This document shows, piece after piece, positions 23,534 through 37,393 of a DNA stretch of 64,000 bases. Both the position numbers and the translations under genes were made by a program. Location of the stretch: positions 2,418,001 to 2,482,000 of the forward strand of contig NC_047064.1 in the NCBI RefSeq assembly GCF_902459465.1, written 5' to 3'. Below the pieces are notes generated by a model. That model was not told the DNA's origin, did not search any database, and saw only the letters and a list, made by a program, of their open reading frames with translations. Within the stretch, counting starts at the first letter, position 1. Each line of letters begins with the position of its first letter. This stretch comes from Asterias rubens (taxonomy: Eukaryota).

Positions 23534-26500
23534 GTATTATTTTATCATGTTTCTGTGCAACATAAAGAGATTTACCATTATTTGTTTGAAAGTGTTATAA
23601 ATATAGAGTTGGTATTGTTTCACTCGCAAAGTTTGACATGTTTTGAAGGACGCTTTAACACATTTTAAAGGCCACAAAAATACGTAAACACGCCGACACA
23701 TGTCTTTTCGCATTGCTTTTGCACTGACTGCGTGTACGTCCCGTCCTGTACACACACTACACGAGTTGCACACATTCATCGGCACTCGGCAGTAGGGTCA
23801 ACTCGACTCAGGCTAGTCTGGGGTCAACTCGGCCCAAAATCAACTCGGTCCGAAAAATAAAATAAATAGGCCTATTAGTATTATAAATATTTTTTTGTAA
23901 CAATTATTTTTGATTTACTGAAATGTTTAGTTTTTTGGGTTTTTTTTTTCTGTATCTGTATCTGTTTTGTTGAGCCGGCAAACAAATGTCTAAAGACACA
24001 TCACACCAGCTTTGCGCATTGTGTGGATGGGATGGCTTAATTTTTGAAGTGCTTAGCGAGAGTGTCTTTGAATATATCTAATGAGTTGCTGGAAATCACA
24101 CTACCGGGTAAGGCGTTCCAGTCCTTGATGGTAGCCGGGAAAAAACTGTTGCCGTAGATTTTGGTTGAGTGACGAAGTTGATGAAATTGGAGATTGTGTT
24201 TTCTGGAGGGTCGAGTGGAATGTTGAGCAAAGTCTTGAAGAGGGATTTCAACTAAGTTATTAACGAGTTTGTAAAACATAGCTAGTCTTTTAGCTTTCCT
24301 TCTTATTTCTAGTGGTTTCCAGCTAAGTTCTTCTAGTATACTGGTGACTGTACCTGGCGTTCTACTGTAATTATTTGTGGTGAAGCGTGCTGCTTGTCTT
24401 TGAATTCTTTCAGGGCTTGACAGTTCTTTTTAATATGTGGGTCCCAGGCTGCTGTGGCATACTCTAGGATGGGACAAACCAAGCTTGTGTAGGCTAGCGA
24501 TTTTACATGAACAGGGCATTTCTTGAGGTTCCTTTTGATGACACCAAGTACTTGTTGAGCTTTCTTAGTAGCTGAAACTGTTTGAACATCCCAGTTTAAC
24601 GTGTTGGTGATATGAACGCCAAGATACGTGTGAGATTCCACAGATTCTAGTTGTTTGCCACAAAAGGTATAGCTGGTGGGGGTGACTTTTCTTGACGCAA
24701 TTGTCATAGTAAAACACTTGCTGGGGTTGAATTGCATGAACCAAGTGTCTTGCCATTCTTCAAGTCGCTTCAGGTCATTTTGTAGAATGGATCTATCCTG
24801 AGCTGACTTTACTGGTGTGTGGGGTTCACTTTTAAGTTACACTACATGTGGTGGGCTAGACTACAGCCAAATTACTTCCCTCCACTTCCGGCCCTGCGCC
24901 GAGTTGGCTTCAGGCGAGATGATCGGACCGAGTTGTTGACTTCAGCCCAGTTTAATAAAGCTATTATTGTTAAAGCAGAAAATACTGCATGCTTCTTAGC
25001 AAATTTCTAAATAAAGACAAAACATGATGGGGGCACCAGTCACAGCAATGTAATTGTAATTTGTATGGACTTTTGGCTGGTAACCAGTGTCTGTTAAGCA
25101 TTATTTGTCTGTGCTTGGCAGGTTTTAGTGCATACAAATGGACTTTTTGAAATTAGGCCTAGGCTTACTCCATTAATAAACATATTTGCAGCAGTAGGCC
25201 TATGACCCGCCCTATGATCTTCCGGAGCCGCCTGAATCCACTCACCCTCTGATAGTCTACCAAACAGCATCTTTTTACTTGCACATTGACCTCAGTTTGT
25301 AGCACATTTTTTGATATTTGTTCCCAAGACCAAGCACTTTTGCACCCAAGTACGACTATACTCCTCTGGAGGGATGTACTTATTGGAAGATAGATTGGAA
25401 GATAGATGTGTCAAAATGGCTAAAGTTCCATATCTGGCCGCCACTTTGTCTCCCATATTTATTGACATGTGTAAAATATGCAAGCTATTTTCAGGCCTCA
25501 GCAGATTTGTTGCTTAAGCAGCTCCATCTCTTCAATCACAGAAGCGCTTAGAGACTTTATTTTGTATTATGCGCTATATAAGAACTGTTTATTATTATGA
25601 AATTGGGCCCTGGTTTTGACAAAGATCACTGCTGTCCATGTGCTTTAATGTGAACAAAGTTCATTTTAATCATGATGTGTTTATTTGTCCCCCTCCCACC
25701 CCCACCCCCAGTTGACCACCAAAGTGACATCATGTACTCCGGCAGAACTGAAACTTGTTATCAATGGTAAAAAGCAAACTGTCAAAGGCTATGAGATCAT
25801 CACAGAGGATACTGTGCTTTTTCCAGAGGGTGGTGGACAGGTAAATTCATTTTAATTTGAAGTTTTGTTATAATTTAGCTTTCTATTGTCGCACCATTCA
25901 TTAGGCCGAGTAAAAAAAAAACATGTTTCATGTCCGGGTTTTTCAAAAAAAGGAGGAAGAGGGGCTTTTTATTTTTTTATTATTTTTTTTTCAAGATGGC
26001 CGCCATTCTTTGTTAAAATGTCAAATATCCATTTTTTTTTCTACTGCTGAAATACACAAAACATAAATGGAACAATTTAGTCGAGGCATTCAGAAAAGAA
26101 TTCAGATTGTTTTTGCTGAGATCATTTAAAATAACCCTATTTAAAATTTTAAAAAAGAAAAAAAAAAAAGAAAAAAAAATGTGCATAAAAAAATAAAATA
26201 AAAAATAAAATAAAATAAAAAAGGAGGCGGCCTGTAAAAAGGAAGCGGGCGGGGACACTAAACATGTTTCTTTTTTTACTTGGCCTTATCATTTCTACAT
26301 CAACTCAAGGGATACAAAATTACTGCTACATTGGGATGTGCCCCCTTTCTTTGTATCAAAGTTGATGAAAATCAGAAAGCGCAATCTTCAAAAAATAAGA
26401 GTTAATGTTGTCTTCCATTGAGCTGTGCTTAAATCTTGCCTGCACATGAATTCCGATGTGACTTTTTGTAAGCAAGTGATGTAGCTTACATGGTCTTTAA

Positions 26501-29500
26501 ATAGGGTTATTCAAAGTTTATGATGTCCCACTTGCAGGCTTCGGTTGTGAGTGGCTCTGGCTAGATGACTGTAATGGCAGTTTTATCACTGCATCTATTT
26601 CTTCAAACCTATGTTGTGAAACGATTATTTTTCATTGTTGTAATGATTTCTTGTGACTGCTGTTTGATATTGTTTTTTTGTCTTTTGATACTGTGGAAAT
26701 AAAATGAACCTTGAACCTTGAACTGTAGACATAAGCCACAAACAAAAGCCACAGCCATAGCTGAAGTAGTTCAAATTTTGCCCTCACCATTAATCATAGT
26801 TTTTAATTTCTCAATATATATTATTTTATAGACTGCTTTTGTTTCTGTTTAACAAAATGACCTATTGTATCCTCTGACCTTTTCTGAAGACCTACAAATT
26901 AATTCTTTTTTTTCTTTTGTTTTGTTAAAATTTAGCCCGATGACAGAGGAACGGTAAGAGTTTTATTTTCAAATTTGTAACTCTATTTAACTAAATAATA
27001 ATTGACACTTGGGCCCTTGAGCAAGGCACTTGACCACAATTGCTTTGTACAAGTTGGGGAGGTAGTGCATTCTGCTTTACCACCCATGCCTACATCCTTT
27101 AACTACGGACTGTGAAGGGGGTTACCCTGTTTAAGCCCCAGGAGTAGGTGGCAATTTGCACCTGGTGGCAGTTGGTTTGGGTCGATAGCCCAAATCAGTT
27201 AAGTTGAACCCTCACCTTGAAGTGGCCGTCCTTAGCCTTGTGATGCTGGGTGATATCTCATTTAAAGTACTGAGTATACAGTGCTTAATACACATTGGTG
27301 TAAGGGTTCAAATAAATGCTAAATCCCTGATGCAAAGTTAACATCTATTAATGATTATAGATGAATGACATTGAAGTCTTGAGAATCACCAGAAGAGGTG
27401 CAGATGCAGTCCTGTTTGTTGAGACGCCAATAGAACCAGGCACTGAGGTCCTTCAGAAGGTAGACTGGATAAGGCGGTTTGATCACATGCAGCAACATTC
27501 AGGTATTGTGGGTTTTATACTTCATTACTTCACTTACAATGACGTGTGGTCATGGGTGGCAGGGTGGTCAGGCTTCAGTGGTCCGGCAGTGGTCAGTGGT
27601 CCGGTATGACAGTGGTCCGGCCAGGGTTCTAGCTAAGAACCCAATGGAGAAAAGACAAGGAAGGAAGTTTCAGTTTTAGATGTGGGAGGAAAATCCAAAG
27701 AATTATTTTTCAAGGACAAACCCACGGAGTCAGGTAAAACTAAAAACCCGACCCGTGTATTTTCCCCCTTCCCGGCGTGATTTGAACTGGGGTTCTAGAG
27801 GTAGAAGGTGAGGAAAGATACCACTGTGCCAACTAGACCACCAATGGCAAATAACGCTGACAGGACAGACTGAAAGCTTACAAGATGTCTTTGTGAAAAT
27901 TTCAAAAGCCTTTCAAAGTGGAGAACACTAATCTTTTTTTTCCACATCTTTTATTGTCTTTGTGCAGCTCAGCATCTTGTTACAGCCATAGCTGAGGCTA
28001 AGTATGGTTGGCCAACAACGTCTTGGTAAGTGTAATCAATTATTTTGAAACTGTCTATAAATTGCAATTTCAATCTGAGAAACGTTTCATGAGTGAAATA
28101 TTTCTCAGATTATTTATTCCAATTGTGAACTATTCTTCCTTGTTTAAGTCGAGTGATGTCCTCGAATTTTGATGGTTCCCCAAGCCTTTCTGTTCCCCAT
28201 TGCTGACTTGAAATCTGCTGATTCAAGTCCTGTGTCGATTATGAGAATGTCAGTGTAAGTTAGTGCCGGTCAACCAGGTGTCCTCCTTCCATGCTTAGGG
28301 GTCCACAGACCCCACAGACCCCATTCTTCCTGCATGAACAAAACTGCTCCAGATTTTCTTCAATTTCTCAACAATGCTACCACCTTTTGGAATGAAATAT
28401 TCATTGGTTAACATTAGTTTTCCTGTATATTGATTGAAACAATCAAACCGTTCCAAAACCAACTTTGGCTTTAAGCAGCTGTATGATATTGGCCGCACTT
28501 CTTGATATAGATGAGTTGACTTACTTTTATTGTGTAATTCTCCAGGGATCTTGGCCGAGAGAAATCCTCCATTGAGATGGACTGGCCCAAGATCAACATA
28601 GAAGACCTCCAGGTTCTTGAGAGTGAAGTCAATGAGGCAATTCGCAAGCAGCTAGCAATGACGCCAAGGCTGGTTGAATTAGGATCACACGACCTTGATT
28701 GGGTAAGAAGATTATGATCATATGGGTGGTTAGTGTGTAAGGCGCTCGCCTCTCATCACTGTGGCCCTTATCTGTGAAAATCGGTTTGTGAAGTTGCGAG
28801 ATAATAATGAAAGAAAAAAACACCCTTGTCACACGAAGTTGTGTGCTTTCAGATGCTTGCTTTCGAGACCTCAAATTCTAAGTCTGATGTCTCAAAATCA
28901 AATTCGCGGAAAATTACTTCTTTCTCGAAAACTACATTACTTCAGAGCGAGCCGTTTCTCACAATGTTTTATACTATCAACCTCTCCCCATTAATCGTTA
29001 TAAAGAAAGGTTTTATGCTAATAATTATTTTGAGTAATTACTAATAGTGTTCACTGCCTTTAAGCACTCGTCAATAGAGGGCTGCTGTCACAGGAGTGCT
29101 TCATGCCAGTTTTTGTTTTTGTCTGTTAATTTGGTCAGGTACGTACTAGAGGACTACCAGATGATCATGTTGGTCAAGTACGAATAGTCGAGATAGAGGG
29201 AATTGAAGCTAATCTGTGCTGTGGGACTCACGTCTCAAACTTGAGTCACTTACAGGTAAGTAGCTGCCATCCCAGCAAAGAACAATGTTTTGTAATGAAT
29301 GTTAATCTTAACACTATCTTTGATTAAATACTTCAAGTAATAAACCAAAAGGAAACGGACTTGGTTAATTTGATTTACTTTTGGGTTGAACAAAGAAAAA
29401 CAGTAAGCTCTAGTAAGCTGTTAAAAACATGCCTGCGCTCTGCCAACTTAGCCATCTGGCCCTTACACAGCTAGCGCATAGTAAGCAGAGTGGTGATCGT

Positions 29501-30779
29501 AAATGCTGAATTCACTGGTAATCAGAGCCACAGAAATTGGGCCCAGGTCAGTTTGGTTTGTAAGCAGATTGCAACAGCCATTATATTGACTCATGATGTC
29601 AATACATCAATCAACTGATGAGAATTAATATTTTTTTTGTCTTTTTCTTACTAGTCGATAAAGCTTCTCGGAGCAGAAAAGGGAAAGAAGAATAAGACCA
29701 ATGTGTACTTTCTGGCTGGCAATAGAGTTCTAAGCTACCTCAGCAAATGCCTGGCTAATGAGAAACTACTTACAGGGCACCTCAAGTAGGTTTACGGAGT
29801 GATTGAGTGGTCCGTGAGAACAAGTTATTTAACACATATTTAAGCCCTTTTGGGAGGTCAGGTAGGCTTAGTGGTATCTTTCCTCGCCTTCCTGTTTCCA
29901 CCTCTGGGACCAGGGTTCGAATCCTGCTGGGAACACTACATGTATGTGAATTGACGGATCAGCCCCTACCTGACTGCGTGGGTTTTCCCGGAATAATTCT
30001 CTGGGGTTTTCCTTCCACATCTGAAACCGAAATTTCCTTCTTTGTCTTCTCTCGTTGGGGGTTCTTGGCAAGTATAGAGATTACGGTTTTTTTTTCTGAG
30101 AGTCAAATTGGCTTCACAAGCAGAATTTAAAAAAAAAAATGAATGAATTGAGAACCTTAGTGGGAGTATTAAATTGTCCAGATTTTCAGGCTGTGTATTA
30201 GCTGTTTGTATTGCATTTGTATTGGTTACATCACACTGTGTGACTTTAAACAGCTACTTGAGCAAACAGTTGTTAACAGGAATGCTATTTATACTTCAAG
30301 TTTGATTGAAGATAAATTTGTGTATACATTCCTTGACTTTTTTATGTTTTATGCTGGGGTTTTTTATCAATTGAAACACATTAAGTTTTGCGTTACAGAT
30401 GCGGACCAGAGGATCATCCACAGGCCACAGAGAAGATTCAAAAATCTTTAAAAGTAGCAAATAAGGTTAGGATTTAATACTCATATACTCATATAAACAT
30501 GTTTTAGTCACTAAACCAATTTGTACATTTGCTAATTGCTCATGGTTCGATGTATATTGATGGACTAAATTTTTGTATGTTTAATATTTCCATTTTATGG
30601 GTTTAGGCCCTATATAGTATATCTAGGTCTGTTGTTTCTAACGTTTTGTCGGTTATCATTCGGTTTAATAGTATTTTGCCTGTATGATTTTAATTGGTCT
30701 TGTTTCTGTTTAGCCTTTTAGTTTTTATTGTTAGGCACATAGAGGAATCTTTTATTCATAATGCGCCTTATAAATGCTG

Positions 30780-30841
<62 letters not shown>

Positions 30842-33389
30842 ATAGCCCCAAGATGAGCAAGCGTTCCTGAGGCTAGATATTTGACTGCCTTCCAAATTCT
30901 ACCAAAGACTTAACGCAATTTGTAACGAGCAGTTTATTAAGCCTTTGGAGGTGTGTCATTGTGCATGCCGCTCACCAACTTATAACCATGTAGAACTGTC
31001 TGCATCATTTCTTCAAATCTTTGGCTACAAAAGCCATGAAAACTTTACTGAACAATTCCACAGATTGTTGGTTGCAGGAATGGGAGCCTACTTCATGGCT
31101 GAATGCACTCATATTTGTTGAATTTGATAAATTAGTATTAAATTCTGTTTTTTTTTGTTATGGTGCTAAACCATCCGTTTATCAAACTAATGTTGTTTGT
31201 TGTGTCAACATTCATCGAAAGCTTGCACTACAAGCACCACCAATAGACTGTGCATATACCATAATTGGGTTCCCACATCATCATCATAATCATTCTCTGT
31301 GGTCCATCAAGGGGGGCGTAGAGCCGCATACAATGCTTTAATGTGCGAAGGAAACATCCCGCTCACTGTAGCAGGGTCAAACATTCAAATTCCAGCGAGA
31401 CATGCACATCCCATTTTAATATTTCTTGCAAACACAAAGCTCTTAATGAGTGTAATCTGCTATAACTTTTGATACTAAATGATGTTTTATCTTTTAAGAA
31501 TACTACAATGTTATTGCGAGATTTGGCAGTTCTAGAAGCCCATCGCTATAACAACCAGGTCAACAAAGATCCAATCTTCGTTCTTCATCGGAAGGAAGGG
31601 GACTCAGAATTTCTCAACATGGTGGCAAATGAAATCAATTTACAGGTACAATGCAGTAACTTTGCATAGGCATCAGTTGGGAGATTTGTCATCTCATTCC
31701 TGTTGGCGATTTTGTTTGAACTTATCACATGTTTTTGTTTGGGTTAAAATGTCTTGAACTTTAAGTCTCCACCCTGGTCCCAGTTTTATAGAACTGCTTA
31801 AGCAGCAAAAGTAGCTAAGCACAACAAAATATGCCTACCTGAATACAATTATCTGCCAAATGTCACAATGTATCATATTTGATTGGTAGTGCACATAAAA
31901 GAACCCAGAACACTTATCGAGTAAGAGTAGAGGTTAACCCGGTGTTTCTGGCTCACACAACAAGCACACTTGTTGACAGGTTTCCTAGTTCACTTGTGAG
32001 GCATCCTTGGTTGAATTTCCAGAGATATATAGCAAAACAATACAAGATGTTTTTTCTCAGAATGAGGGAGAGTCTCCTGAAAGTGTTCATCATACTTTAA
32101 TAGTTCATATGCTGGTTTTTCTAGTTCAGGCTTGTTTGTTATATTGACTTCAGTTGGTGATGTTTCTAAACAAATTTTGTTTTCTGTTTTTCTGTACAGG
32201 GTACTCTAGCTTTACTTACTGCTGGAGATGAGAAGGGTGTTGGTCTTTTCTTGGTTGCTGGGCCAGATGATATCATCAAGGAGGTTGGGCCCAAGTAAGT
32301 TTTAAAACTTAATAAACTCTTGCAAAAATGGCAAAAACTGTTCTTCTAAAGTCTGGCTTTACATCCCATCTGAAGGATAATTCAATAAATGTTAAGTGTC
32401 TTGCTCAAGTGTCAAGACCAGGACTTAAACCCACTCTCCGCTGGTCAGAAATACCAGTGTGCCTAACTGATGTCATGAGCATGTTTGTTTGTACCAAACG
32501 ATTGGACTTGTGTGTTCTAGTCGTCTTGAGAGATGTTGAGAATAAACCATCTGGTTCTTTTAACAGCAAGCACCTCCTTAACAAAGAGATAACGTACATG
32601 ATGCACTGAAAGATTTACCAAATCACTACCCAACCATAAAATTATTTTTTGGTTTAATTTTATTTTATTTAGTTTTTAGTTTAAGTAACTAATTTTTTAA
32701 ATATTTTTTGATCCTGGTGGTTTTGTTTAGTTTTAACTTTTATCTTTCTTGTGGTTTCTAAACTGCTGTTTCTATATTTTGTGTTGTTTTAAAGTATTGT
32801 TTTTATTTAGTGGTAAGCGCTTTGAGGCCTGGCATAAANNNNNNNNNNNNNNNNNNNNNNNNNNNNNNNNNNNNNNNNNNNNNNNNNNNNNNNNNNNNNN
32901 NNNNNNNNNNNNNNNNNNNNNNNNNNNNNNNNNNNNNNNNNNNNNNNNNNNNNNNNNNNNNNNNNNNNNNNNNNNNNNNNNNNNNNNNNNNNNNNNNNNN
33001 NNNNNNNNNNNNNNNNNNNNNNNNNNNNNNNNNNNNNNNNNNNNNNNNNNNNNNNNNNNNNNNNNNNNNNNNNNNNNNNNNNNNNNNNNNNNNNNNNNNN
33101 NNNNNNNNNNNNNNNNNNNNNNNNNNNNNNNNNNNNNNNNNNNNNNNNNNNNNNNNNNNNNNNNNNNNNNNNNNNNNNNNNNNNNNNNNNNNNNNNNNNN
33201 NNNNNNNNNNNNNNNNNNNNNNNNNNNNNNNNNNNGTACCATTTGACATTTTGCAGGGTTGCAGAGTTGCTTGAAGGAAAGGGAGCATGCAAGAACGGAC
33301 GATTTCAAGGCAAGGCCAACAAGATGAGTAAAAGAACCATTGCTGAGGAAACATTACGTCAATACACTGAGAAACTTGCCTCCAGTTAA
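23495..33389 (+). CDS. AARSD1: Alanyl-tRNA editing protein AARSD1 (AlaXp), 12 exons
   Basis: Exons 23495-23533, 25712-25840, 26936-26953, 27361-27502, 27968-28025, 28546-28702, 29139-29255, 29655-29785, 30399-30465, 31499-31645, 32200-32294, 33257-33389, all GT-AG and in phase. Motifs MAFACQ..SY, EDTVLFPEGGGQPDDRGT, RRFDHMQQHS, NLCCGTHV, LLRDLAV..HRKEGDSEF, LEGKG..GRFQGKA. Zn-editing HxxxH and CxxxH are intact. Confidence 0.95.
23960..24810 (-). mobile_element. 5'-truncated, frameshifted LINE (RT C-terminal region; CR1/L2/Jockey-like) in AARSD1 intron 1
   Basis: ORFs 24333-24737 (FNPSKC..YLGV..Y.SLV.PILEYA..WDP) and 24037-24279 (SFFPATIKDWNALP). Confidence 0.85.
25712..25840 (+). CDS. AARSD1: AARSD1 exon 2
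   Basis: LTTKVTSCTPAEL..EDTVLFPEGGGQ. Confidence 0.95.
25901..26288. mobile_element. MITE (TIR about TAGGCCGAGTAAAAAAAAAACATGTTT)
   Basis: Inverted termini, A/T-tract-rich body. Confidence 0.7.
26936..26953 (+). CDS. AARSD1: AARSD1 exon 3 (18-nt microexon)
   Basis: tttag|PDDRGT|gtaag restores the conserved GGQPDDRGT motif. Confidence 0.9.
27361..27502 (+). CDS. AARSD1: AARSD1 exon 4
   Basis: MNDIEVLRITRRG..VDWIRRFDHMQQHS. Confidence 0.95.
27968..28025 (+). CDS. AARSD1: AARSD1 exon 5
   Basis: AQHLVTAIAEAKYGWPTTSW. Confidence 0.92.
28546..28702 (+). CDS. AARSD1: AARSD1 exon 6
   Basis: DLGREKSSIEMD..VNEAIRKQL. Confidence 0.92.
29139..29255 (+). CDS. AARSD1: AARSD1 exon 7
   Basis: VRTRGLPDDHVGQVRIVEIEGIEANLCCGTHVSNLSHLQ. 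Confidence 0.95.
29655..29785 (+). CDS. AARSD1: AARSD1 exon 8
   Basis: SIKLLGAEKGKKNKTNVYFLAGNRVL. Confidence 0.95.
30399..30465 (+). CDS. AARSD1: AARSD1 exon 9
   Basis: CGPEDHPQATEKIQKSLKVANK. Confidence 0.92.
30779..30841. repeat. (ATT)n microsatellite
   Basis: About 20 units. Confidence 0.95.
31499..31645 (+). CDS. AARSD1: AARSD1 exon 10
   Basis: LLRDLAVLEAH..LHRKEGDSEFLNMVANEI. Confidence 0.95.
32200..32294 (+). CDS. AARSD1: AARSD1 exon 11
   Basis: GTLALLTAGDEKGVGLFLVAGP. Confidence 0.93.
32839..33235. other. Assembly gap (run of N) in AARSD1 intron 11
   Basis: About 397 N. Confidence 0.99.
33257..33389 (+). CDS. AARSD1: AARSD1 exon 12 (terminal)
   Basis: VAELLEGKGACKNGRFQGKANKMSKR..TAA. 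Confidence 0.93.
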
Positions 33390-36283
33390 ACTGATGTCAA
33401 AAAGTCAGACAAAACTCTATCATGAAATCTAAAAACAAATTTCCTTCAACCTTTGATAAGCTGAAGAACTGAAGAACAGCCTGGACAAGGTTTTTACAAT
33501 TTTATTTGATTTAAACCAAATTATAAGGCCAGACGGTGACTTCGAGATGAGAGCTACACTCATTTTGGCTGTGGATCCAAATCAACTGCCACCAGGGACA
33601 CATTGCCACCTACTCCTGGGGCTGAAACGGTAGTCCGTAAGGACGTTGACATGAGTATCATCCACTTGGAGCCTGGCTGGTAGAGCAGAGCAGCGCTACA
33701 CCTGGTCGACATTGCCGGAAAAATGCAAGAAAAAAACTACTTCGAAACAAACAAACAAACAAACTCTTGACTAGGACTTGAATGTACTTGCACAACGTTT
33801 GTTCGATGTTCGATCGAGGCAAAGTCTGCCTCGATTGACGTCACAAAAGGGGTAGGCGGAGTCACCCCCACACAACTTTATCAATTTTTTTAACCATATA
33901 AATCGTTAAAAACAATTACTCAAAAAATTATTTTATTGTTCAGAAACATATACTCTAATGTTTGAAGAAAAAAAAGAGGTATATTTCCAGGTGACTTTAA
34001 TCATGAGTGAGCTGTGTAAACCCAAAACGACAAAATTGTAATTTGGCTGGACTTTGAGATACATAATGGGGTCTAACTTTTCTACACAGAAAATGTTCGT
34101 AATAGAAAAAGCAGAAAGACTGTCACCGACTGTAAAGATTGAAGAATTTCCACTGTGTGACTTCAAATGTTACATAGAAGAAAAACATTCCTAAGCAAAA
34201 GTGTATTTCTTAAACAATAGAAACAATTTGACCGCTTGTGTGTGCGTACACAATGGTTCTGCATTGTTAGGCCATTCATCTTTTTACAGAAATCCCTGAC
34301 AAATTATTATGCCTTTTGCTTTGCTTCTAGTCAGCAATGTTTCTGAAATACAAATTCTGCTTATGGCTGCTTTTTAAATGGAAAACATCTACTCACAGGC
34401 CGTTTGAAATTGGGCCCGGTTGTAAAACTTTGATTTTTTAATCTGACAATTAATTTTATAAAAGAAATAAATTCAGATTTTAACCATTGGCAATTCTTTC
34501 CAGCTAATGTCTATTCATTTGAATTGATAAATAAATTCTAATTATTTATAAATAAAGCTTTGTAAGCCGTGTTAAAGATTTTGTTTCTTCTCTCTCTATT
34601 TCAATAACGGTTTACAGGTTTTCCATTTGTGTCCATATTTGATTTAGAGTGAGTGGCCTGAGGGTTCAACCCAAGCAGAGCCTATGAGAATAGGGAGACT
34701 GCTAACATTAAGGCTATGGGCTGTGTAAAGCTCAGTTGCTTGAACGCTGGCACGGGTATTTTGGAGGTCGCAGGTTCAAATTCCACTCTAGTTCAACCTA
34801 AAATTATTTTCATTTTAGTGAACCCTTCGTAAAGTTATTAATTTCATCTGGTTGATAATTAATAAAGTTGGTATAAAATAGTTTTAAACTTGACAAAATT
34901 CATTGGTTTAATAAAGATACTTCTTCCATCCTCCATGGTCCAGTCTGGGGTAAGTTTAGTAAGTTTGTTCAGTTGGATGTTGTTCAAACACGGATCTAAA
35001 CGTCGGTTTGTTGAACCATGGAGGAAAAATTAGTTGAACTATAACCTCATTGGGTTTACCTATCTTGTGCCTAGACGCAATAAAGTTTAACCGAATCGGT
35101 TTAGGTCTAGAGTTCACAGGAAAAGAAGAAGATGTCTAGTCTGTTCAAACACAGTTTTACAAGTCGGTTTAAATTAAGTTTGTTGAACCAGTTGAACTTA
35201 TTTATAACCTCATTGGAAATAGCTTTTAAAGTGTCTGGACGCAATACAAGTTAGACCTTCCAGGAAAAGACGGAATCCAATCTATATTATGTGCTAAGGA
35301 GATCTCGTCTGGCCTCCGTCTGCCTGCAGTCACGGCTGTGTTGACAAAAATGATTTAACGCCAGTAAAGAACACAACACTACACAACATTGACCGACTAT
35401 TATCCTGTGATTGAGTTTGTACATGCCAATAGTTTGTTGTTTATTGTACAGTTTGGTGCCGATTTCATAAAACCAGTATTAAATCCTGAATGTCTTTATT
35501 TGTTAGCAAATGTTTCATGGTCTATATGCATACACATGACCCTGAAGAAGTTTCCAATCGTAGAGACGGCCTAACTTTACATTAATAAAATAATAGCGTT
35601 GAAGTTAATTATTCATTTAAATGTTGAGAAGTTTTGGTGCAGGTTCAAACATCTTAAACAATTAATCCATTCAAAGTATTAACAAAAAAAATGGATTCCA
35701 GGCTAGATAACTTGCTTTATTTGCACACGTTTCCTCTCAAAACGGGTTTCCTGGTTCATTGACCTTATGTCAGTTCTGTTACATTGTGTAATTATTCGTT
35801 TTAATTGCAGTTGCTAACAAACCCGTTCAAATAATCCCTGTTAATAAAACCCCTGTTAAAAAACACCTAATTTTGATTACGACATAGCACAACGGGCTGC
35901 CAAAATTGTTCAGTGTTCTTATACAACACTCACTTGGCAAAATAATTGGTATCAGACAGCGTCCACAGACCAAGTGAAGATGGCCGGTGAGCTTTTATGT
36001 CGTGAAAAGGAGTTAACGAGTAAGACGAAACTACACCGTTGTATAGTGTCACAGGTGATGCGTTCTCTGCCATACAAACTTGAGGCCAGGACGACCACGA
36101 CGCAATGGAGATCGAGAAAGCTTGAATTGGCTCTAATTTGAATTCCAAGAATGTAATGTTAGGACAGAAAATGGATTGATGTATTTTTGTTTGTTGTAAT
36201 GTCTCCAGGATCAGGCTGTTGGATTTGTCGGTCACATTTAAGAATGTGTGACATTTATTAGACACTTAAAAAAACTTGACACT

Positions 36284-36450
36284 TAAGCCCGGTTCATACT
36301 TCCTGCGAATGCGAATGGGACGTCACAACCCTCCTTTCGGAGCGATATTCGCAAGTGAGTTGAGGGCGGGCAACTCAGGGCGAGTTTCGTTGCGTTGTTG
36401 TGACGTAAACATTCGTATCGCATTTGCATTCTCAGGATGAACCGGGATTT
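36284..36450. mobile_element. Small MITE (TIR about CCCGGTTCAT..TGCGAATGCGAATG)
   Basis: Degenerate inverted termini. Confidence 0.65.
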
Positions 36451-36524
36451 ATATGCGTAATTTCTTGGAGAAGTGTTCGCCTCTAAAAAAAAGTGTATGG
36501 TCTTGACGTTTCAAACATTGATAA

Positions 36525-36640
36525 CCACATGGAGATAACCCAGCTCAGTTGATAGAGCGCCGGCACGTTAAACCGGAGGTCGTAGGTTCAAATCCCGCTC
36601 TAGTCAATTTTTCTTTGTTCAATCCAAAATCATTTATTTT
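36525..36640 (+). mobile_element. tRNA-derived SINE-like repeat
   Basis: cagctcagttgatagagcgccggcacgttaaaccggaggtcgtaggttcaaatcccgctctagtcaat. Confidence 0.75.
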
Positions 36641-37297
36641 AAATCTTCAGAAATACACACAATGATTACAAGTTGGACAGGGACTGTCAAGGTTATACAT
36701 AAAGAATGAAAACTTTCATCATGAGATGTGTAAAACCATGATTAAACATACAATTAAAAACCGCAAGCATTAACATAAAAAAGGTCCACCCTCGGCTTCA
36801 GTAAATGACGAATGAAATATGAAATATAATTATTCTTGTCAGGCTCTAATAAATATAGACTTTTGATTTTCATGACATGCGATTTTCTATAAAGCCGAAG
36901 TTTAGGAAAGCACAACCTTGCAAGATGACTCACTGTCACTCAGATTGGTTCTCATAAAAGACTCAATCTTGCTATTGAAACCCTTGGCACAGAGCGTCAA
37001 GTACCCATGACTTCTTGACAAATCAGTGTAATTACTCCCTTTGTTGGTAAACAAGTTTGCCGGCTCGTGTTTGAAGAAGTCCTAACAATTATAGTCACTG
37101 CTTGGAATCATTGGCTCGTGGCAGATTGTGGGCTTTGGTCATTAACCATCCTATTGAGCCATGCGCCTCAGTAGTTCTGACCATGGAGTGTTCCGACCAA
37201 GCCCCCATCGGGAGCATAGAGTGCGGCCCGAGATCAACGGTATCAATAAAAAGGTGCGACTGTCTTATCTCACCGCCATCCCGAACCAAGACGTTAT

Positions 37298-37340
37298 GGA
37301 TATAAAGTGTGACCGTTTAGATGGGCGCATCACATTTGAT
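37298..37340 (+). promoter_or_regulatory. Candidate TATA box/initiator of nanos A
   Basis: GATATAAAG about 90 nt upstream of the ATG, with CATCACATT about 28 nt downstream, in a block conserved with B/C. Confidence 0.45.
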
Positions 37341-37393
37341 TTGCCCTGCAATCAGTTCACATCAAGTTCTCCCTCAGTCTTAATTTTAGCAAG

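Noticed and set aside
32749-33354. Long ORFs in the ORF track
   Set aside because: They are artefacts of translating through the N gap.
35950-36150. 53-63 aa plus-strand open frame (MAGELLCREKELTSKTKLHRCIV..)
   Set aside because: It looks like a decayed RTE-type LINE fragment, too degenerate to call.
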